Shown: piece by piece, positions 58,505-64,000 of the stretch
Numbering within the stretch: position 1 is the first letter of the stretch
Layout of the letters: every line of letters starts with the position of its first letter
Assembly (NCBI GenBank): GCA_021463465.1
Contig: JAJTYH010000002.1
Location: 1,347 to 65,346, forward strand
Source: a bacterium
GTDB lineage: Bacteria; Patescibacteriota; Dojkabacteria; SC72
Length of the DNA: 64,000 nt
Reading direction: 5' to 3'
Made by a program: the position numbers and the translations under genes
Notes under the pieces: model-generated
The model's input: the letters and a program-made list of their open reading frames with translations, nothing else
The model's database searches: none
What the model was told of the DNA's origin: nothing

Positions 58505-58894
58505 AATAGCGCTACTATTACAGATTTTTCAACAAAGACAGACGAATATCAATTAAGTGCATTTTCCTTTCCAGAAGTATCAGAGATTAGAAGTTTTGCT
58601 ATTGAGTTAGCACTAAAGTCGGGTCTTTTTAACCCAAAAACTGATGTATGGTTAGAAAGAATACAAACAAGGTATTTAGATACTGGCCAAAGATTGGGAG
58701 AGACAACTGGAGGTGATGCTCTTTTATCACTTATTAAGAGAGCAACCTTTCTACGGAATAGGAGAGTTGTGTGTTTAGTAACAAGTTTATCTGCAGTAAT
58801 TGATACTGAGAAACTACTTACGTTTTACCTTAAGAATGGATTTAGCCTCAGTGAAATAGAAGGTGTTACTTTCGCATATTTAGATATTCAATAG
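58505..58894 (+). other. open frame in phase with the upstream GNAT (separated only by TAA) encoding a second GNAT-like C-terminal segment with no canonical start for 63 codons
   Basis: Hand translation of the frame shared with 57956: ...RLGETTGGDALLSLIKRATFLRNRRVVCLVTSLSAVIDTEKLLTFYLKNGFSL is GNAT motif A/B-like. The first ATG/GTG/TTG in this frame is at 58694. Confidence 0.3.
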
Positions 58895-59099
58895 CTAAAT
58901 GATTGGTTTTGTTATACTTGTAGGATATTTTACATTAAACTTCATGACAAACTTCAGTTTCAAAAAAAATATGTTGATTGATTTCGTTATACAAGTGATA
59001 GATGAATAACTGAGCTGGAATTATAATTATTTATCGTTTTGAAAAAGAAAGTAGAACACAACAGAGAATGTATTGGCAAACTAAGCGAATAATTCAAAT

Positions 59100-60059
59100 A
59101 TGAAAACTGTTTTAACAAAATCCGGAAAAGAGCTCTCTCCGATAGGAATAGGCACATATGGGATTGGCGGGAGAGGGCATCGTGATGTAAAGCTAAAAGA
59201 TAAGAAGGACGAATCAATATATGTACCGGCAATAATCACTCAATTACAAACAGGCTATAACTTTTCGGAGATATCTCTGGGGTATGGCCACGGAAAATCT
59301 GCTGAATATTTTGCACGTGCAAGACGAGAGAGTGGAATTGAAAGGGACGAGCTTTTCCTTACCAATTCAATATACCCAAGAGATATTTTGGATTTAAAAG
59401 TGTTAAAAGAAGATGTAGAGAAAATGTATGAAATATTCGAAACAGACTACTTCGATTCAACACTTGTGACACAATCATTAATTGTTAAATTTGGGTATGA
59501 GCAGGTGATAAAGATGCTTTGGGATCTTCTAAAGAAGAACAGAACCAGATATGTTACTCTTTCAAACTCAAATAAGAAACTAATCAAACAATTCCACGAT
59601 GAATTTAAGGGAAGTTTCTTTGCTCATGAAACTCACATCAGCTATGAAATTAGACTATGTCAAGATGAAGGTATCTTTGACCTCTCAAACAAACTCGGTC
59701 TACAAACCATTATTTGGAGACCCTTGCGACAAGGTTTGACAGCACAACACAACTGGGAGCTTCTACTTAAACTCTCTGAAAAGTATGGTAAAACTCAAAA
59801 TCAAATTGTACTCAACTGGATGATGTCACTCGGTTTTAAGCCAGAAGTATTTTCAACATCGATTACTCATATAAAAGAGAATTGGGAAGCAATGCAATTT
59901 GAACTTACAAAAGATGATTATGACGCGATAACAAGGCACCGAATACCAAACTACTCTCCACCAAAGATTAACTGGGATAATATGGGAAATGGGGATAGTA
60001 TCGTCCTGCCTGTTATGAATTTTGAAGAGGATTACAAGAAACCTACTCAGAATCAATAG
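59100..60059 (+). CDS. aldo/keto reductase family oxidoreductase
   Basis: IGIGTYGIGG and an overall 319-aa AKR (TIM-barrel) pattern. Confidence 0.7.
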   Translation: MKTVLTKSGKELSPIGIGTYGIGGRGHRDVKLKDKKDESIYVPAIITQLQTGYNFSEISLGYGHGKSAEYFARARRESGIERDELFLTNSIYPRDILDLKVLKEDVEKMYEIFETDYFDSTLVTQSLIVKFGYEQVIKMLWDLLKKNRTRYVTLSNSNKKLIKQFHDEFKGSFFAHETHISYEIRLCQDEGIFDLSNKLGLQTIIWRPLRQGLTAQHNWELLLKLSEKYGKTQNQIVLNWMMSLGFKPEVFSTSITHIKENWEAMQFELTKDDYDAITRHRIPNYSPPKINWDNMGNGDSIVLPVMNFEEDYKKPTQNQ

Positions 60060-60130
60060 GAAAAGCCTTAAATATCCGACGGATCTGTTTGATTAATCAA
60101 ACTTTATAGTATAGAATCCAGCACTTTCAC

Positions 60131-60370
60131 AAGGAGGTTGTGATGAAAACAAAGAAGAGAGAGCAAGAAAAGAAGACGGGAAAGGGAGGAGGAAGGCAGA
60201 AACAAACGAGAGAAAAGAAAAGGAGGAAAGGCTGGATAAATCGTAAGTAATCACGAAATCTAAAAAGAAAGGAGGTGAGGGAGTTGGCCCAAACCAAAAA
60301 AGAGAAGAAAAAAAAGGAAAAGGGGAAGCAGAAACCGACCGCTAAAACCAACGGCAAGAAAGGACACTAG
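60131..60370 (+). other. 240-bp polypurine (AG-rich) tract with repeated AAGGAGG motifs and two tiny Lys/Arg-rich ORFs
   Basis: The + strand is almost entirely A/G. AAGGAGG-N5-ATG (60143) opens a 35-codon ORF, MKTKKREQEKKTGKGGGRQKQTREKKRRKGWINRK. AAGGAGG-N8-TTG (60284) opens a 28-codon ORF, (M)AQTKKEKKKKEKGKQKPTAKTNGKKGH. Confidence 0.4.
60143..60250 (+). CDS. candidate 35-aa highly basic micro-protein with a canonical SD
   Basis: A perfect AAGGAGG is placed 5 nt upstream of the ATG, and the 35 codons end at TAA. The composition could instead just reflect the purine tract. Confidence 0.25.
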   Translation: MKTKKREQEKKTGKGGGRQKQTREKKRRKGWINRK

Positions 60371-60550
60371 TCCCATTCTGCCTCCAAAAGTGGGCTTATT
60401 CAGATTCAACATCACATGAGTAAGCCCACTTGCAACATTTTTCACACTCTCAACCGTTAAGAAAAATTTTGTTTTCGACCAAAATACTACTATAATACTG
60501 CCACTTCGAACATTTTTGTTGACTCAAATAATTGGAAATCTACTAACCAG

Positions 60551-62317
60551 ATGAGAAATATCTTTAAAATTATAAAGCTAAGCAAACCACTACACGGTTT
60601 GATGCTCTTAATTATTGTAATTGTAATACTTGGAACCCTTTTTGAAATTGTCACACCACTTCTTTCTGGAAAAATCCTAGACGAGGTAATTAGGCAATCA
60701 ACAAACCAAACGAAAGAATTTAGTAAACTCTTCACTCTTTTGGCACTTTCACTTTCATCAATTATCATCTACTTAGCGCTAAGGTCACTAGGGCAAAGAT
60801 TAGGCGACCATCTATCTGGGAAAATAAGAAAATTCCTCACAGAAATATTCTATGATAAAGCATTGAAGATCTCACAATCGTATTATGATTCAGAAATTTC
60901 AGGAAAATTAGTCAACCAGTTAAATAGAGGAATTGCTTCAATACAAGAATTTGCGAATGCCTCAACCAACTTTATCATCCCAACCTTTCTACAATCTTTT
61001 ATTGTTATAGGAATCCTAATGTACTTCAACCTATACTTAGGAATCTTAATGATTTCAATCCTTCCTATCTATCTATGGATTACATCTATCTCAACAAAAA
61101 GATGGGGGCTCAAGGAGGAAGGTAAAAATAAGATTGAAGATTTAACAAGAGGAAGGATTCAGGAGGTGATATCCAATATTAAACTTGTTAAAGGATTTAC
61201 GTCTGAGAAGAGAGAATTTAAGCTGCTTTCAACAAACTTAGACCAAATAAACGCAATATATAAACAGCAAAGTACAGAATTTCACCTTTTTGATTTTTTA
61301 AGAGAGTTAATTCTTAATGTAATCCTTTTTGGAACCGCTTAGATTATCTACAACAATACTTTAAATGGTCTTATTACCGTTGGGTCAGTCATTGTTTTAA
61401 TACAGCTTGTTGACAGAGCAAGATCATCCCTTTTTGGAATGTCATACATCTTAGGACAAATACAAGCAATCGATTCGGGCTCCAAAGAGTTTTTTGAAGT
61501 TTTAAATATTGAGACTACAGAAGATTACAACAAGAAACAAAAGTTTGAAAAAATTAAAAACCCAAAAATTGAGTTCCAAGATGTTACTTTCCAATATGAC
61601 AGTAATAAAACTGTACTAGAAAATGTTTCTTTTGATTTAAGTAAAAATGAAATGGTAGCACTTGTTGGCCCAAGTGGAGCAGGGAAGTCTACAATAGTTA
61701 ATCTGCTTCTCAAGTTCTATAACCCTACCTCAGGAGCCATTACATTTAATGGGAAAAAGTATTCAAAACTCTCACATAACCAAGTTAGGAATAATATAGC
61801 ATTAGTATTTCAAGAGAATGAACTCTTCTCACTATCTATCAAAGAGAATGTTGCATATGGAAGCGATATTGATGATAAGAAAGTCATATCTTCGCTTAAA
61901 AAAGCTAATGCCTGGGAATTTGTAAGTAACTTAGAAAAAGGAATAGATACCTAAGTAGGGGAAAGAGGAATTAAGCTTTCTGGCGGTCAGCGGCAGAGGA
62001 TTCAAATTGCTAGAGCCATATACAAAGATGCACCTATACTAGTACTTGATGAAGCAACATCAAGTTTGGATGCTAAATCCGAAAGTGATGTTTCAGAAGC
62101 TATTGAAAATCTTGTTAAAAATAGGCTAGTTATCGTCATTGCACACAGATTCTCAACAATTCAAAATGCGACAAAGATTATAGTTTTAAATAATAAAAAG
62201 GTAGAAGCAATTGGTGCACCACATATTTTAGCAAAAAAACCAGGTATTTACTCTGAACTTCTTAAGTATCAGATAAAGGGGAATAAGAAACTGCTCAAAA
62301 AGTTTGAGTTGTATTAA
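60551..62317 (+). pseudogene. MsbA/Sav1866-type ABC exporter (TMD-NBD fusion) interrupted by two in-frame stop codons (TAG 61340-61342, TAA 61952-61954)
   Basis: The ORF-table pieces 60551-61342, 61439-61954 and 62066-62317 all lie in one frame. Hand translation across the stops is continuous and conserved: ...LFGTA*IIYNNTLNGLITVG... (TM helix 6) and ...NLEKGIDT*VGERGIKLSGGQRQRIQIARA...VLDEATSSLD... (Walker A GPSGAGKST; signature and Walker B lie beyond the second stop). Confidence 0.75.
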
Positions 62318-62326
62318 CCTTTTGTA

Positions 62327-62818
62327 ATGGATAAAAAAATTTTAAGGGAATTACTTTACGAGTCTGATTCCTCTATTTATGATATTTGTCAAAGTCCAGA
62401 AGAGCTAATTGAAGTACCTTGGGGTAAGATAATTCACGACCAAAGATTACTACCATTACTTGAGCTAATTCTCCCTCAGCTTGATTATGGTTTTAATCTT
62501 AAATTGGAACTCATAGATTGCTCAATTGCACTTGGAGTTATCGAGGCACAAAAACAGCATGGAAGTTATAAAAGGGAGGTGCCTTCAGAGAATCTAGTAG
62601 ATCTCAACTTTACTCGAATTTATATCCCAATTTCTGGTTCAATGCTTTTTTCAATTAATAACGAAAATATAAGTATCGACCCAAAAGAGCTATTGATAGT
62701 ATCAAATCATGTGACCTGCAATTTTATTTCTTTAGAACAAAGACAAACAAAGTTCTTAATTATTGATTTTCCGCCGTTTGAACCTGCGTTTGACACGTAT
62801 TTATCGAGTAATAATTAG
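62327..62818 (+). CDS. hypothetical protein
   Basis: A 163-aa ORF with no recognisable motif. Confidence 0.3.
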   Translation: MDKKILRELLYESDSSIYDICQSPEELIEVPWGKIIHDQRLLPLLELILPQLDYGFNLKLELIDCSIALGVIEAQKQHGSYKREVPSENLVDLNFTRIYIPISGSMLFSINNENISIDPKELLIVSNHVTCNFISLEQRQTKFLIIDFPPFEPAFDTYLSSNN

Positions 62819-62956
62819 CAAGCAACTTCAAGCTGTAATTTCAAAGTTATATAGAGGTCGATACCGTCGGATTTCTACGGAAACATTGTGCTGTGTGTAA
62901 AAGCCCATTAAAAATGGTATCGTATCTTGGACAGACCCAATTTAAAAAGGTACAAA

Positions 62957-64000
62957 ATGAAAAAACTCTTGGTAACTATGCTAACTCCTATCCTGATTAG
63001 CTTAATATACCTAGTGCAAACTCCCCAAAACATATCCGCTTCATTAAATACTTGGCTACAAACAGATTGGAGCGGAGGAAATGGACAAACTTCTTGGAGT
63101 GACGACACTAAGTACAACGTATCAAGCAATGTCGTGGCAAATGATTCAATCAGCCTAACAAATAGTAACAATTGGAACGACAGTAACTGGTTATATAGGA
63201 AAAAAATTACCTTTAATAATTCAGCGCAAGCAGAAAACCTTGATAATTTCATCGCAATGGTCAATTTGACCTCAGATAATTTTGATTTCACTAAGACAAA
63301 AGCAAATGGTGAAGATATTCGTTTTTTTGATGAAAACGGTTCAACTGCTTTAGAATATGATATTGAGGAATTTAATCAAAGCGCACAGGAGGCAATTATC
63401 TGGGTAAAAGTACCCAGAATTGATGCATCATCATCAACTGATAACATCATTATGTATTACGGAAATACATCTGCTAATGACTCACAAAACCCAACTTCAG
63501 TGTGGTCATCATACGAGCTCGTTTATCAAATGAATCAAGATCCATCAGGCTCAGCTCCACAAATTCTGGATAGCACAAACAATAATAGAGATGGAACTAC
63601 TTTTGGCTCTATGGCAAGTAATCAGTTGTTAACTGGTAAAATCGGTTCGGGTATTAACTTTGATGGGGTCAATGACTATATTAATGTAGGAAATATGAAC
63701 CCACATACATATGGAAGCGCAACCTTTTCGGCTTGGTATAAGTCATCTATCAATACATCAACTGATGATCAATATATCCTCCTTTATCTAGGTGGAGATA
63801 GACTTGTATTTGGTTTAACTGATGATTCAGGGAAAGTAGATCGAGCTAGGTTCTGTCTTAAGGAAAGCTGTTTCTTTGGTACTACCGATGTTGTAGACCA
63901 ACAATGGCACCATATTGTTGTTGTTAGAGATTATAATTCTACCCACAAACTATTTGTTGATGGCAATCTACAATCAAGTACCGCAGCACCGTTTCTTGGA
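62957..64000 (+). CDS. DUF2341 plus LamG/concanavalin-like domain surface protein; the C-terminal end runs off the window
   Basis: Missing from the ORF table because it has no stop. ATG at 62957 with a signal/anchor (LLVTMLTPILISLIYLV). NWLYRKKITFNN...GEDIRFFDENGSTALEYDIEEFN...IIWVKVPRI matches DUF2341. Then GINFDGVNDYINVG...W...LFVDGN is LamG-like. In frame through position 64000. Confidence 0.6.
   Translation, partial: MKKLLVTMLTPILISLIYLVQTPQNISASLNTWLQTDWSGGNGQTSWSDDTKYNVSSNVVANDSISLTNSNNWNDSNWLYRKKITFNNSAQAENLDNFIAMVNLTSDNFDFTKTKANGEDIRFFDENGSTALEYDIEEFNQSAQEAIIWVKVPRIDASSSTDNIIMYYGNTSANDSQNPTSVWSSYELVYQMNQDPSGSAPQILDSTNNNRDGTTFGSMASNQLLTGKIGSGINFDGVNDYINVGNMNPHTYGSATFSAWYKSSINTSTDDQYILLYLGGDRLVFGLTDDSGKVDRARFCLKESCFFGTTDVVDQQWHHIVVVRDYNSTHKLFVDGNLQSSTAAPFLG

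Noticed and set aside
60127-60445. Two minus-strand ORFs (76 and 61 aa) rich in F/L/P/S
   Set aside because: They are the pyrimidine-rich complement of the polypurine tract: low-complexity translation artefacts with no start context.
62908-63291. 127-aa minus-strand ORF
   Set aside because: It lies antisense to the well-supported DUF2341 gene starting at 62957 and has no motif.
1-64000. CRISPR arrays, rRNA genes, and transposase, integrase or phage genes
   Set aside because: No regularly spaced direct repeats, no rRNA-like segments and no recognisable transposase, integrase or phage structural motifs were seen by eye. The only repeats are the hexanucleotide run and the polypurine tract.

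Overview
This 64-kb window is AT-rich (roughly 35-40% GC by eye) and densely coding, with short intergenic spacers, many overlapping start/stop junctions and three tRNAs (Gly-UCC, Gln-UUG, Pro-UGG). It looks like a small-genome bacterium, possibly Patescibacteria/CPR-like, but that is inference only. Standard code 11 is used: TGA, TAA and TAG all terminate confident genes. Recognisable content, in order: mnmA (3' partial), DUF192, DedA, gpmI, rplS plus an abutting tRNA-Gly, then a block of secreted or membrane-anchored hypotheticals that includes a cysteine-free transglutaminase-like protein. A DNA replication/repair block follows: dnaE and uvrC (overlapping), uvrB divergent from mutL (mutL carries a homopolymer frameshift), an M23 peptidase and an ABC ATPase/FtsX-like permease pair. 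Next is an oxidative-stress group (sod, ArsR-like, trxB, Nudix), tRNA-Pro, lexA with a palindromic candidate operator, and a surface-glycan cluster (nucleotide-sugar dehydrogenase, acyltransferase, three GT2 enzymes, two of them tandem paralogs). Then LemA-TPM, two glycosidases, a complete type IV pilus locus (pilA, pilB, pilC, four pseudopilins) with a pilA terminator, and an ABC-F ATPase. The most unusual part is a 5-kb minus-strand operon of unknown function (219-aa and 590-aa hypotheticals, an atypical Hanks-type kinase, an FNR-like oxidoreductase, a membrane protein). Also notable are an 866-aa NHL-repeat surface protein with an in-frame hexanucleotide repeat, and a decaying right end where an ABC exporter has two in-frame stops, a GNAT is followed in-frame by a GNAT-like ORF with no start, and a purine-rich tract encodes lysine-rich micro-ORFs. 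No CRISPR array, rRNA or obvious transposase was seen.
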